Part shown: positions 51,477-64,000 of the stretch, piece by piece | Position numbering within the stretch: position 1 is the first letter of the stretch | How the letters are laid out: every line of letters begins with the position of its first letter | Assembly (NCBI GenBank): GCA_951406725.2 | Contig: OX597834.1 | Location: 32,178,001-32,242,000 of the forward strand | Length of the DNA stretch: 64,000 nucleotides | Direction of reading: 5' to 3' | Source of the DNA: Octopus vulgaris | Taxonomy: Eukaryota | Program-made: the position numbers and the translations under genes | The notes under the pieces: generated by a model | Databases searched by the model: none | What the model was told of the DNA's origin: nothing | What the model saw: the letters and a program-made list of their open reading frames with translations, nothing else

Positions 51477-52299
51477 ATGTATATCCTTACGTTGGTGTGG
51501 CTTTGTGTTTGTCTTGTGCTTATGTCCCTGTAACTTAGCAGTTCAGCAAAAGAGACCAATAGAATAAGTACTAGGCTTACAAAGAATAAGTCCTGGGGTT
51601 GAGTTGTTCGTCTAAAACCCTTGAAGGTGGTGCTCCAACATGGCCACAGCCAAATGACCGAAACATGTAAAAGAATAAAAATCAATGACAGTTGTCAAGT
51701 GGTGGCAGGGGACAAACACAAACACACACACACACATATGGCAGGCTTCCACACAGTTTCCATCTCCCAAATTCACTGATCAGCTTAAGGGCAAAGTAGT
51801 AGACAATTGCCCAAGATGCCATGCAGTGGAACTGAACCTGGAACCATGTAGTTGCAAAGCCAACTTCTTAACCATGCAGCCATAAGAAAGATAGAAGGAA
51901 AAAAGGAGACAAAGGTGGCTGTGTGGTAAGAAGCTTGCTAAAATAGATGGGCTGCAACGTTTGGGGCTTTACAATAGAAAACAGCCTTGCATCGGACCTT
52001 TGACATCCAGAGGTTAACAGATGTTGGGTAGAGAAGATCTTGTAGTCTGTGGTCTAAAGATAGAGACACCTCCCTAATGCTGGTGCCACAATAAAACACC
52101 CTGTACACTTTGTAAAAAGGTTGGGGAGAGGAAAAGCATCCAGCTAAAGAAATCATACCACATGAAATGTAAGAACAAGAGGCTATTCCCTGACCGCACC
52201 CCACCACTCTATCAAGGAGAGTAGTAACTCTAAATGGCAGTTGATTAGCTAGGATTATGGACAAACTGTTCAACCCATGCCAGCATGGAAAACAGACAC

Positions 52300-52660
52300 G
52301 AAATGACAACAACAATGATGGTGACAATGAAGATGATGATGACAGCAATGATGAAGATGATGACAACGACAACAAGATGACAGCAATGACGACGATGACA
52401 GTGATGACACTGATGAGTGATGACAATGATGAGTGATGGCAATGGTGAGTGATGTCAATCATGATGAATGATGACAATGATGATGGCAATGATGATGACG
52501 GATGACAATGATGAGTGATGACAATGATGAGTAATGACAATGATGACGACTGATGATGAGTGATGACAACGATGAGAATGATGAGTGACAAGGAAGACAG
52601 CAATGACAACAAGATGACAATGACGACATCAAAAGTGATTGATGACAGTGACAACAACGA
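52300..52660. repeat. Expanded degenerate (GAT/GAC/AAT)n tail downstream of a family C copy
   Basis: Follows catgccagcatggaaaacagac; repeated gatgacaatgatgag units. Confidence 0.85.
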
Positions 52661-54611
52661 TTATAACAACCAACTCCAGTAGATGACCAGTACTTAACAA
52701 CAGCAGGAAGATAATCTAAGCAGGTAATCTAAGTAAACCAGTAAAACCCTCAATGTAACCCTACACCCATAACAAAAACAAAAAGGCAACCCCCACCCCA
52801 CCCACCCGCCCACCCAACCAGCCAAATAAGCAAACTACAGCAAGACAGTTTATCAGACACTCAACTGACTCTGCCAATAATAAACTGATTCTGATATTGA
52901 TTACAAGAGAGGAAGAAAAATAATATGATTGCATCTGACAGTGTGTGTGTGTATACACGCAGATAAATTTAGACAGAAGCTCCGTACCATCACAGCGATA
53001 TGCCGGAGGATCAATACTATAATTCCACAATGCTATATAAAAACCTTGTTTCCACCTCAGCTTGTTGCCATTTTAGTCCGATTCATTTTCTCTCTCTTTT
53101 TTTTTTTTTTTTTTTTCATTATTTACAACCTTCTTTCAGACCGACCATCAACTCACCCTTATTTTTTTGTTTTGGTTCTGACTTTTTTTTTTTTTTTGCT
53201 TTTTTGTCTTTTATGATTTTGTTCCATCTGCCCATTTCAGTGCCTGGTAATGTCTCTTACCTGGAGGTGAAGTGTGCAATGGCAAATATATTTGCAGTCA
53301 TGTGTACATTTGCAGATATATATATATATATACACATGTCTATATATATTGATAAACCTTTGCTTCTGCCCTCTGGGTGTACATATATACAGTTACACAC
53401 ACACATACACACATATATATATATATATATATAGCATGTTTGTACACACAAACATCTGCATGTATGTATATGCTACACATACACACAAGAATATATGGAT
53501 TGCAAGGTTTGCCAGGATCCAACAAGCTGCAAAACACTGCAGCTTGATGAAGAGCTCCAGCTCATTGGATCCTGTCAAACCATTGAATCCATGCCAGCAT
53601 GGAACAGCATGCACAGTAAAATGCTGACACACACACATATATATATATAATAAATTAATAAATAAAACATATGCATATATACATACATATATGTACGTAC
53701 CTACCTCTACATGTATATATACATGCATATATGGGTACGGGACACCAAAAAAACGTTGAACACAATGAGACCTATCTCCATATGATTGGCTTGAAAAATT
53801 GTTAAGACACTTAGATATTTTCCTATATTGCTTAACATGAAACCAATCGTAGCCTTAATTCACAAATAAAGAAATCATATCCACCAATGCAGTGTTGAGC
53901 ACTCATTTTCATCATTCGATATTTACACACACACACATATATATGCATATACACACACACACACATATATATGCATATACACACACACACACACGTGTGT
54001 GTGGGTATGTGCATGTAATCCTTTTGAAGCAGAGTCCCAGACATTTTTATCTCACACTAGGTTATTCCAATATATGCATGCTTGTATGTATGAGAATGTG
54101 TGTATGTGTGTCCGTGTCCTACTCACACCTTTCCAACCAATGTTAGTTTGTTTGCATCCCCGTAAGTTTTGGGGACATGAACAAACTAACACCAGTTATC
54201 AAGCAACTTGGTGGGGAGGGAGACAAACACAAAGACGTGCAGCAGGTTTCCATCTATCAAATTCACTAACGAGGCATCGGACAGCCCAGGGCTATAGTAC
54301 AGGACATTCGCCCAAGATTGCACACATCAGCACTGAACTCAAAGTGCAGTCGTGCTCGCTCCTGCAGGCAACAACAGGCATATGTCTGCAATATTAGGAG
54401 GAAGAGATGGTGGTGGTGGTGGTGGTGGTGGACTGACCTTTAGAACAACGAAAGGCAGGTCATTAAATTTAATCGTAAAGCACAGCAATGTTAAATGACA
54501 TTTATAGAATAAAATAAGAACACACACACACACACACACACACGCACGCGCGCGGATGAGAAGGAATAGATGCAAGACAGTAATGAGACTGAGGAAGACT
54601 GTGCAGCCTTT

Positions 54612-55195
54612 AGACCTGCTAGAAATAACAGCCAAATCTTTATGAAGTCACAAACTGCAAGCTTTAAACTGGAAAGACAAATTTTATTGACAACCCTCCC
54701 TGGAGGGTTAAAGAAAAAAAAAAGTCAACTACAACAGGACGTGTATTCAGAATGTAAAGGGATTTAAAGAACTACCACAAGGTATTTTGCATGATGCTTG
54801 ACTGATTTTGCCATCTTGGTTGATGTTACATAAAGAAAGGAATAAACATTACCTATGTTAGCTTTTAGGTCCTTTTTCTGACACATCAGGCATTCAAATG
54901 AAGACAGAACGCAAACAACCCTTAACTCTGACCCAAACAAGAAGGCATAGAAGCAAAACAGTAATGAGAGGGCTGAGGCTATGTGATCATCCAACCCGCT
55001 AGAAATAGCAGCCTAATCTTCCTGAAGCTAAACGCTGGAAGGATGAATTTTATTGATCCACTGAAGGGTGGATAAAAAAAAATGCCAACTGCAACAGGAT
55101 TTGTACTCAGAATGTAAAGGGATCTAATGATCTACCAGAAGGTATTTTGTGCAACACTTGACTGATTTTTCCATCCAGGTGGATGTTATGTCAAC
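54612..55195. repeat. Old local duplication (about 54612-54835 and 54995-55195)
   Basis: Both blocks run ctagaaata.cagcc.aatct ... aattttattga ... caacagga...gta.tcagaatgtaaagggat ... aaggtattttg ... cttgactgatttt.ccatc in the same order. Confidence 0.75.
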
Positions 55196-55519
55196 AGAGC
55201 ATTAACATTGATTCTATTAGAAATACCCCGTTCCTCCAACGCTTCTTCTGACCAGAGTCTAACATAGACAAGTCCCTTAACCTGATAATCAGGTTGTTGG
55301 AACAACAATGAAGAATTCAAAACTTCACTCTTGTGTTTTAAATTTGCGCCATGGCAATCCGAGAGTGATGCATGTGGTGTCATTGTTGGCAGAATCCGTA
55401 GCATGCAGGGAAAAATGCTAAACAACATTTCCTCCAATTCATTACGTCCTGAGTTCAAATTCTGCTGAGGTAAGCTTTGCTTTTTTTCCTTTAGGGGATG
55501 ATAAAAATATAGTTGTCAA

Positions 55520-55890
55520 ATCGAAATCGATCAATGGAAATTGCAGATGTGTTACCAGTGCCGGTGGCATGTAAGAGAACCTTCCGTTTCGCGACCGTTG
55601 CCAGCACTGCCCCGTTTCGTGTCCGTTGCCAGCCTCGCCTGGCACATAAAAAGCACCATCCGTTCGTGGCCGTTTGCCAGCTTTGTCTGGCACTTGTGCG
55701 GGTGGCACGTAAAAAGCACCCACTACACTCTCGGAGTGGTTGGCGTTAGGAAGGGCATCCAGCCGTAGAAACACTGCCAGATTTGACTGGGCCTGATGAA
55801 GCCTTCTGGCTTCACAGACCCCAGTAGAACCGTCTAACCCATGCTAGCATGGAAAGCAGACGCTAAACGATGATGATGATGATGATGATG
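55520..55890 (+). mobile_element. SINE-like family C, young (after a family A fragment at 55385-55505)
   Basis: Internal repeats, core and (GAT)n tail. Confidence 0.9.
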
Positions 55891-57074
55891 AAGTACTATG
55901 GTTGATGCAATCAACTCCCCGTTGCTCATGATACTGCTGACCTTGAGCCAAAATTAGAAAGAAAGAAAGAAATTCCATGAAAACATGTTCCTTGTGCTGT
56001 TTGGGGTTAAAAGACAGGGAGGAAATATATTGCCAAGAATCAGGAGAGTGTTGGCAACAGGAAGAGCATCTGGTCATACAAAATCTGTCTCAACAAATTT
56101 CATCTGACCTATGCAAGCATGGAAAAAGTGGACATTAAAACAATGATGTTGATAATGACTCTTAAGTTGGATTTCAGGGAAAGAAAAAAAATTATTTTTA
56201 AATATATTATACGTGAACTTTTACAGTGAAATTTAGTCACATCAGAAAATAGTTCAGAGAGACAAATACAACAGATACACTGCCAAAAATACCAATGACA
56301 AGGAAGGAAAAAGTCAAAACTATTTTTTTCATTTTTCGAGTAACCCACACCACCAACACAGAAAAAATATTGGACACACACACACTAAAAAAAAAAAAGT
56401 GAAAATGTAACATGAAACCAATAATATAGATCCACTTTTCATGCGGGCATGGGTTGAACAGATTGTTTCTATTCGCCTTGATGGTGTGTGTGGAGGAAAC
56501 ACAGCTTGTTAATAAGCTTCATTTCTGCCTTGGTTTTTTTACTACACTTACCAACACCAACCACTTTACACACATTTTAGTGTGTGGTGTGTGTGTGTGT
56601 GTGTGTGTGTCCATCCATTGTTTTGTTTTTTTTTAATTCTGAAAGGGGGAAAGTGCTTGTTATCTGTGAAAAAAAAATAGTTTAGACTTTTTCTTTGTCA
56701 TTGGTATTTTTAGCAGTGTATCTTGTATTTGTCACTGTGAACTATTTTCTGACAACCACTTTACAAAGATAGGGTTAGTGGGATGAAAGGCAAATCAATC
56801 ATAATAGGATTTTCCACACACACCCCAGCCCAGGATTTTCCACACACATCCCCAGCCCAAAACTGAACAAACCTGATAATGATAATAGAACAAGATAAAA
56901 AAAGAGGAAACCCACAGAAAAGCAGAAAAGAAAGCTGTTGAAGAGAAGAAATGGAAAGTTTCATATAACAACTTGGAAGTCTAAGCCTCTGGAAAATGAC
57001 AAATAGGGGCCCTAGTAGAAGGCACTTGCCCATGGTGCCATGCAGTGGGTCTGGACCTACACAAAAACCCACTT

Positions 57075-57430
57075 TGCAATTATGTAGGTTTTGGTTCACT
57101 CCTGCTCTACAGCACCTTGGTCAAGTGTCTTTTATTATAGCCCCAAGCTGATCTATGCCTTATTAGAGAATTTGGTAGATGGAAATTGTGAGGAAGCCCA
57201 TCATAAACATGTTTGTATGTTTGTGTCCCATCATGACCACTGCTTGGGGTTGGTTTGTTTATGTCCTCATAACTTAATTGTTCAGTAAGAGAGGCCAATA
57301 GAATAAGTACCATGCTTTAAAAAAGAAAGAAAAAAAAGGTCCTGGGGTTATTTTGTTTAACTGACAACTGTTCAAGGTGGTGCCCCAGCATGGCTGCCAT
57401 CCTTTTATTGAAACAAGTAAAAGATAAGAG
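57075..57430 (+). mobile_element. SINE family B, old copy
   Basis: Diverged CORE-like segment and tail. Confidence 0.75.
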
Positions 57431-57718
57431 ATCAAGGCATACCGTAAGAAACATATTCTGATGATTATACAAGGAGGACAAGGCATGAAGGAATAACAAA
57501 AAGACAGGATGCCAAAATGCCATTCCAATTTGAAGAGCTCCATAAATGGGAAATAGTAGAGTCATTAAAATGTCGAGAGAACACACCACCCAGTTTGGGA
57601 ATTGAAACCATGATTTTGTGGTTACGAGTGCAACACACTAACCACTAGGCCACGTCTTCACTCCTGGCTAAAATATTTTTAAGAAAATAAATAAAAACAG
57701 GAAAGGGGAGTTAAACTA

Positions 57719-57737
57719 TTGCCACCAGAGGGCGAAA
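57719..57737 (+). promoter_or_regulatory. CTCF-like binding motif
   Basis: ttgccaccagagggcgaaa matches the CTCF core CCACCAG(G/A)GGGCG in unique, non-repeat sequence. Confidence 0.5.
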
Positions 57738-57972
57738 TACAGAGACAGCTCTACCTCTTTCATTGGGCAGTGTTGTCAGTATTAAAGCTGGCAGGTGTGG
57801 GGGATAAACACTGCCAGTGAGATAAGAGATAATCCCGCTTGACAGATACTGTCATTGAGGATTAATGTAAATAGAACATTGATCGAAGTGAGGTATGGTC
57901 TCCCATCAGATAAGGGAATAATGGGATGGTCACTGACCACTCCAGTGTGGGTAATCTTGTACTGTGCTCACT

Positions 57973-58362
57973 GTGGAGGTGCAATGGCCCAGTGGTTAGG
58001 GCAGCGGACTCGCGGTCATAGGATCGCGGTTTCGATTCCCAGACCGGGTGTTGTGAGTGTTTATTGAGCGAAAACACCTAAAAGCTCCACGTGGCTCCGG
58101 CAGGGGGTGGTGGTGATCCCTGCTGTACTCTTTCACCACAACTTTCTCTCACTCTTACTTCCTGTTTCTGTTGTACCTGTATTTCAAAGGGCCGGCCTTG
58201 TCACCCTCTGTGTCACGCTGAATATCCCCGAGAACTATGTTAAGGGTACACGTGTCTGTGGAGTGCTCAGCCACTTACACGTTAATTTCACGAGCAGGCT
58301 GTTCCGTTGATCAGATCAACCGGAACCCTCGTCGTCGTAACCGACGGAGTGCTTCCCAAAAA
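57973..58362 (+). mobile_element. SINE family D, full length, flanked by a 73-bp direct duplication
   Basis: tRNA-Arg-like head; short A tail; 57895-57967 is identical to 58363-58435. Confidence 0.93.
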
Positions 58363-58529
58363 ATGGTCTCCCATCAGATAAGGGAATAATGGGATGGTCA
58401 CTGACCACTCCAGTGTGGGTAATCTTGTACTGTGCCCCACTAAGAGTAACATCAGCCTCATTGTTTTACATCTACTTTCCATGTTGGCATGGGTTGAATG
58501 AATCATTTCTAATTCGAAACCATTTAACA

Positions 58530-58820
58530 AATTCTGACGACCCTCAGTGGCAAACTTTGAGGAATCCCTGGCAACAAACTTCGAGGAAGCTCCGGTGAAA
58601 AACTTCCAGGACCTCCGGCAGCAAACTTCAAGGAACCCCCGTGGCAAACTTCGAGGAACCCCTGTGGCAAACTTCAAGGAACCCCCATGGAAAACTTCAA
58701 GGAACTCCCATGACAAACTTCAAGGAACCCCCATGACAAACTTTGAGGAACCCCATGGAAAACTCTGAGGAATTCCCGTAGAAAACTCTGAGGAGATCCC
58801 ACTGGCAAACTTCAAGACCC
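58530..58820. repeat. ~22-bp minisatellite (ggcaaacttc(g/a)aggaacccc...)
   Basis: About 13 imperfect copies. Confidence 0.9.
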
Positions 58821-59909
58821 TATGAGAAGCTTCCTTACTATCGACCCTTTCAAGCTTCCTAGATATGAAAAGGGTATCTATAGCTGCTATGTCAGCACAG
58901 TTATTCTGATATCTTACTGAACCATATATAGAGCAATTAAGTAGGCGATGATGAAGAATGGTACCAGTAATAAAGGGTGGAATGGCCTCAACTTACTGTC
59001 ACTGTATCGTTTCCTCACCCATCCACTTTATATCTCTTTTTATAGAAATCTGGCCCAGTGCCACGTCAAATGCTACCATTACTGGGTGAAAGCCAAATCA
59101 TAATAATAATAATTATCTCCACCACCACCACCACCTATACTGCCAGTATCAACAGCAAAAAAAATATCAAGCCATTGCAAGACCCTTTACATGGTCATTC
59201 TATCTGCTAGAAATAGTAACCAAATCTCCTCAAATCACAATTACTTAGAAAGAGAAGGACATGTTGGATAAAGAAATAGTCATGTCCAGAAAGCCTTTTG
59301 ATTGTTGATTAGGGTTAACTTGGGGTTAAAGAACAGCAACCAGACCACCACCACTACCATAATTATTACGATGACCACCACCATCTATGGTTTTCATACA
59401 TGACCTCAAAAATTTGGTCTCTATGCTTTATACCAAGATCATAGCGTTAACCCTGAATGAGATGCCAGTCCATTGTAGGTGAGCGGAACCATGAAATGAA
59501 GTGTTTTGCTCAAGAACACAATGTACTGTCTGGTTCAGGAATTGAAACCTTGATCTTGCAATTGTGAATGAAACACTAACCACTAAGCCATGCTCCTTTC
59601 ACACAAGTCATACCCTACAACCTTAAAGGAGAATAAAAATATTGTCTTAGGGTAAACTATGTCTGAGTAGACGGAATGGTTCAAAACTGGATCATGTTGG
59701 ATCACAGTCATACTGGATCAAGGTTGACCTGGGGCTAAAAAGCAACCACAACAAAAATTATTAAAAGGATCAACAGGGATAAGAAAGTTAACCTTTCTTT
59801 GAATACCAAATTGTAGAATAAAAGCTGCATGGGCACATTAGACGCAGTCCAATTTCAGCAGTGCATATTTAAGTGAAAAGCAGATTTTAGTACATTAAAT
59901 TATCATCAC

Positions 59910-60055
59910 TATCATTTAATGTCCATTTTCCATGCTGGCATGGGTTGGACAGTTTGACAGTAGCTGGCAAGGCTTGAGGGCTGCACCAGGTTCCAGCCTG
60001 TTTTGGTATGGTTTCTACAGCTGGATGCCCTTCCTAATGCCAACCACTTTACAGG
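59910..60055 (-). mobile_element. SINE-like family C (another at about 61782-61950)
   Basis: catttaatgtcc, catgctggcatgggttgg, ctggatgcccttcctaatgccaacc. Confidence 0.8.
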
Positions 60056-60348
60056 GTGGAATGGATGCTTCTGTACACTGTGCTGGCAGGGATGCATTTT
60101 TGCAAGGCACTCAAATTTGCACATGGGACCCAGGGGGGATGTTTTTGTGAGACTTTTTCTAGGGCAGAAAAAAAATTGATGCATGTTTCTATGAAATCAG
60201 ATATGGTAATTCCTTCTACTTAAATGTGAGCAATGTGTAAAAGGAACCCAAATGACTACCACTTCAGAATCAAACCCAGGTCATAAATATGATCCACAGG
60301 GATCTTGTCATCTTTGGCATTACTGTTTCTGGGCAGTGTTTGCATACA

Positions 60349-60579
60349 TATTTCTTTACTACCCACAAGGGGCTAAACACAGAGGAGACAAACAAGGACA
60401 GCCAAACGGATCAAGTCAATTACATCGACCCCAGTGCGTAACTGGTACTTAATTTATCGACCCCGAAAGGATGAAAGGCAAAGTCAACCTCGGTGGAATT
60501 TGAACTCAGAACGTAACGGTAGACGAAATATGGCTACGCATTTCGCCCGGCGTGCTAACGTCTCTGCCAGCTCACCGAC
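60349..60579 (-). mobile_element. SINE family A, full length, 12-bp TSD
   Basis: Flanked by tgtttgcataca at 60337-60348 and 60580-60591. Confidence 0.93.
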
Positions 60580-63104
60580 TGTTTGCATACAATCATGAGA
60601 AATTTTAGAGAGTGAATCCTCTTCAAAATAAAGCAAAAAGCGAGCATAATAGAGACAGTCAGTCTAAGAGTGTGTGCGTGTGTGTGTAAGAGAGAGGTGT
60701 TGTATGTGCTCAAGTCCAGTGTGTATGTGTGTGTGTTATATCTCTTTCTTTCACTATTCTGCTTGTCTCTCTTCCCTGTCTATTTCTCTCCCATTTTCTC
60801 TTACATAACTTACACACACTCACACAATGAGTGTGTGAATGAATGTGTGTACAAGTGCAAGAATGTGTAAGCACGAGTGCAAGTGTGTAAATATACAGGT
60901 GAGAGAGAGAAAGGTGACAAGTTGAACTGCTGTCCACTATCAATACCCCCATCCCCCCACCCAACCAACTAATCAACCTATTTCATCAACATAAGCAGTA
61001 ATTTACACCAAACACCAATTAACTAACACCTAATTTGCAGCAAACATATTAATTATGACAACCAGTTTTATTAAAGAATCAGCATTATAATCACCATTCC
61101 TGAAATGGCAACGCATTCCTCTTCACTGCTCCAAGATTTCAAAGACCTACCAATATATAGCGTGAGGAAGACAGAATTGTTAGCACATCGGCCAAATTCC
61201 GCTGAGGTCGGCTTTGTCTTTCATCCTTTCAGGGTTGATTAACAGGTACCAGTTGAGCACTGGAGTCTATGTAATCGACTTACCTGCTGCCCCTAAATTG
61301 CTGGCCTTGTGCCAAAATTTGAAATCAATATATGGCATGAAGAGCATAGGTTACAGCGAAGAACGTAGGTACAGGTATATCATTGATTTTCCATCAAATG
61401 ACAGTCCAGCACCTTCTTTAATCTGATTAAATTACAAGGAAGGAACTTGAAATTTCCTCGGTTGCCAGTCTAGTACACTGTGTCACCACAGGTGGCGTTG
61501 TGTGTATCATGTGTTCATATGCAGTTATTACACTGTGTTTGTTAGTGGTAATTACCACCAACATTTTGAGAGCTCCTCGGTTTATTTAGCTTAAAATTCA
61601 CCTTAGCCATGGCAATCGAAGATAACAGAACTAAGCGTGTCAGTGAAAGAGTCAAACTTAAAACACCAAACTATATCAACCCCGGATAAAGTAGAGCTTT
61701 TGGAATAAACTGACCGTGGGGTTTTGGTATGTAAACTGTATGACAATTAATAATTAGCATATAATTAGTAGTTCAGAGGTATCATCGTCATCATTTAATG
61801 CCCACGTTCTATGCTGGCATGGGTTTGACAGTTTGACAGGGTCGGACAAGTCCAATGGCTGTATCGTGCTCTGATGCCTGCTTTGGTATGGTATCTACAG
61901 CTGGATAACCATCCTAACACTAACCACTGTATAGTGAGTACTGGGTGCTTTTCTTTCATGTCATTTGAACTATTGAGATCACAAAGTGAACTACCCACTA
62001 TGGGGAAATCGGGGGAATAGGGGTCAGGTTCATGCTAGGGGATGAGGGGATATGAATTACTCATTATCATGTAAACACAGATGGTCTAGCAAGACAGTTT
62101 AACTATCAAGGCTTTGGAACCAAGGATGTCAGAAAATCAATGGTGAATTTTATTAACACTTTTAGGATGAAAAAGGGGGTAAAAAAAAGAACATTAAAAG
62201 TATAAACGATCAAATTACTGAGAAAAGAATAAAATCCACAACTACCTTTCCAAGGAAACAAAGAAAAAAGGGGAGAAAAGGGGTGGGAATTAAGCAAAAG
62301 ATGGGGCAGGTGAAAGTAATGGGTTGTGGACATGATTGCAAAGGCATGGTCACAAAGAATGGCCAGCAGCACTCACAAGAGCCACCCCACCTTGTGGGGC
62401 TTAGACAGACAGCAGTTACTCTTATTTTACACAGGAAATCAACAGTGGTGGGGGAAGAACACCTGAGGTCTTGACAGTGACTGACCACGCCTATCTTTGG
62501 TAGTTTGTAATGGATAAAGGCTTAACCACTTGGCATAATTAGATGCTTCCTCTAACCAAAAGAAAATTAATTATGTCACTGCATGTGGTTTGGAAAAAAA
62601 CTATGTTTAAGGTCAAGTGCTCATTGTTTCATGAAAGGCTGTTGACAAAACACAAGCTGATGTGTATGTGTGTGTGTGGTTATAATTATGCGAAAGTTTA
62701 TGTGTATGAAAGTGTGTGTTTTGAAGCAATTAGTAAAAATTGGACAATTCTGTAAAAAGATAGAAATAGAAATATCATTATTAGCAGTAGGGGAGGCATT
62801 TTATATCTGCCTTTCGATGCTGGCATGAGTGAGATGCTTTTTTCCAAATAAGGGTTTTACAGCTGGATACCCTTCCTGTCACAAACCTTTTTAGTTGCCT
62901 CTTGTAACACAGTGAATATATACACACACATATATATGAATGAGTGGACAAACAAAATAAAAAAGGCATTCAACACCTTTCGTAGGAGTTACATATATTA
63001 TTATTTAAAACAGTATGGAACCGAATCAAGGGTGTGGCTATGTAACCAAAGCCTCGTGAGTGGATCTGGTAGGCGGAAACTGAAAGAAACCCATCTTATA
63101 TGTG

Positions 63105-63735
63105 TCATCATCATTTAACGTCCGTTTTCCGTGCTAGCACGGGTTGGACGGTTCGACCAGGGTCTGGGAAGCCAGGAGGCTGCACCAGGCTCCAGTCTGA
63201 TCTGGCAGTGTTTCTACAGCTGGATGCCCTTCCTAATGCTAACCACTCCGCAAGTGTAGTTGGTGCTTTTTACGTGCCACCGGCACAGGTGCCAGGGGAG
63301 TCTTGCAGCGGCCACGATCGGTTGGTGCTTTTAACGTGCCACCGGCACGGAAGCTAGTCAAGGCAGCTATCCATTGATAAGAACATCGAAATAAATATCA
63401 ATGGAAATAGTAGTTGTGATACCTGTGCAGGTGGCACATAAAAGTCACCATCTGAACGTGGCCGATGCCAGCGCCGCCTTGACTGGCTTCTGTGCCGGTG
63501 GCACGTAAAAAGCACCACCTGAGCGTGGCCGCTGCCAGACTCCCCTGGCACCTGTGCCGGTGGCACGTAAAAAGCACCCACTACACTCGTGGAGTGGTTG
63601 ACATTAGGAAGGGCATCCAGCTGTAGAAACACTGCCAGATCAGACTGGAGCCTGGTGCAGCCTCCTGGCTTCCCAGACCCCGGTCGAACCGTCCAACCCG
63701 TGCTAGCACGGAAAACGGACGTTAAACGATGATGA
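63105..63735. mobile_element. Head-to-head pair of young family C elements nested in a family B SINE
   Basis: 63105-63367 (minus) and about 63400-63735 (plus); host B halves at about 63030-63100 and 63770-63950. Confidence 0.92.
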
Positions 63736-64000
63736 TATATATAATGTGTGGGAGGAAGTGTCTTTGTGTTCATCTCCTCATAATCACTTGACAACCGGTG
63801 TTGGTGCGTTCATGTCACTGTAACTTAGCAGTTCAGAAAACGAGACTGACAGAATAAGTACTAGGCTTCAAAAATAAGTCCTGGAGTTGATTTTTTTTAC
63901 TAAAACTCTTTAAGGCAGTGTCTCAGAATGGCGACAGTCAAATGACTGATACATATATAGAAGCAAAGGAGTGGCTGTGTGGTAAGAAGCTTGCTTCTCA

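Noticed and set aside
55186-55458. 90-aa complex-looking minus-strand ORF
   Set aside because: Starts inside a family A fragment and ends inside a duplicated repeat; no splice sites or recognisable domain.
55793-55815. ctgatga-agcc-ttct-ggct hammerhead-like start in family C
   Set aside because: The stem is followed by tcac rather than GAAA, and other copies read ctggtgca at this position.
57975-58050. tRNA-Arg gene
   Set aside because: A/B boxes and a TCG anticodon-like loop are present, but it continues into a 300-bp SINE body and lacks a proper acceptor stem.
58530-58820. Possible CRISPR array or repeat-coding exon
   Set aside because: Contiguous ~22-bp tandem units without unique spacers; the unit length is not a multiple of three.
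61609-61689. Short ORF MAIEDNRTKRVSERVKLKTPNYINPG with a good Kozak context
   Set aside because: Only 26 codons, no homology recognised and no convincing splice signal; expected by chance.

Overview
This is eukaryotic, AT-rich, repeat-dense DNA, most likely intronic or intergenic sequence from an octopus (coleoid cephalopod) genome. The taxon is inferred from the SINE families, which resemble the octopus OK/OR1/OR2 tRNA-derived SINEs; no search was run. No long credible ORF is present, and nearly all ORFs in the track are translations of microsatellites or SINEs. The window is a mosaic of four abundant SINE-like families (labelled A-D here), decayed RTE- and CR1-type LINE 3' fragments, and non-autonomous DNA elements (piggyBac-like, hAT-like, Tigger-like, Helentron/HINE-like), interspersed with many micro- and minisatellites. 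A few unique islands carry low-confidence splice-site-bounded exon candidates and one good CTCF-like motif. The most notable observations are five: (1) an alternating-orientation array at 9.6-10.8 kb carrying degenerate hammerhead-ribozyme cores (Penelope/retrozyme-like) and a ~320-bp hairpin; (2) a SINE flanked by a 73-bp exact direct duplication; (3) a 53-bp local sequence copied into a SINE 5' junction; (4) a near-identical inverted SINE pair that could be an ADAR substrate; (5) a fold-back hairpin made from a SINE tail. Coordinates of old, decayed repeats are approximate and were aligned by eye.
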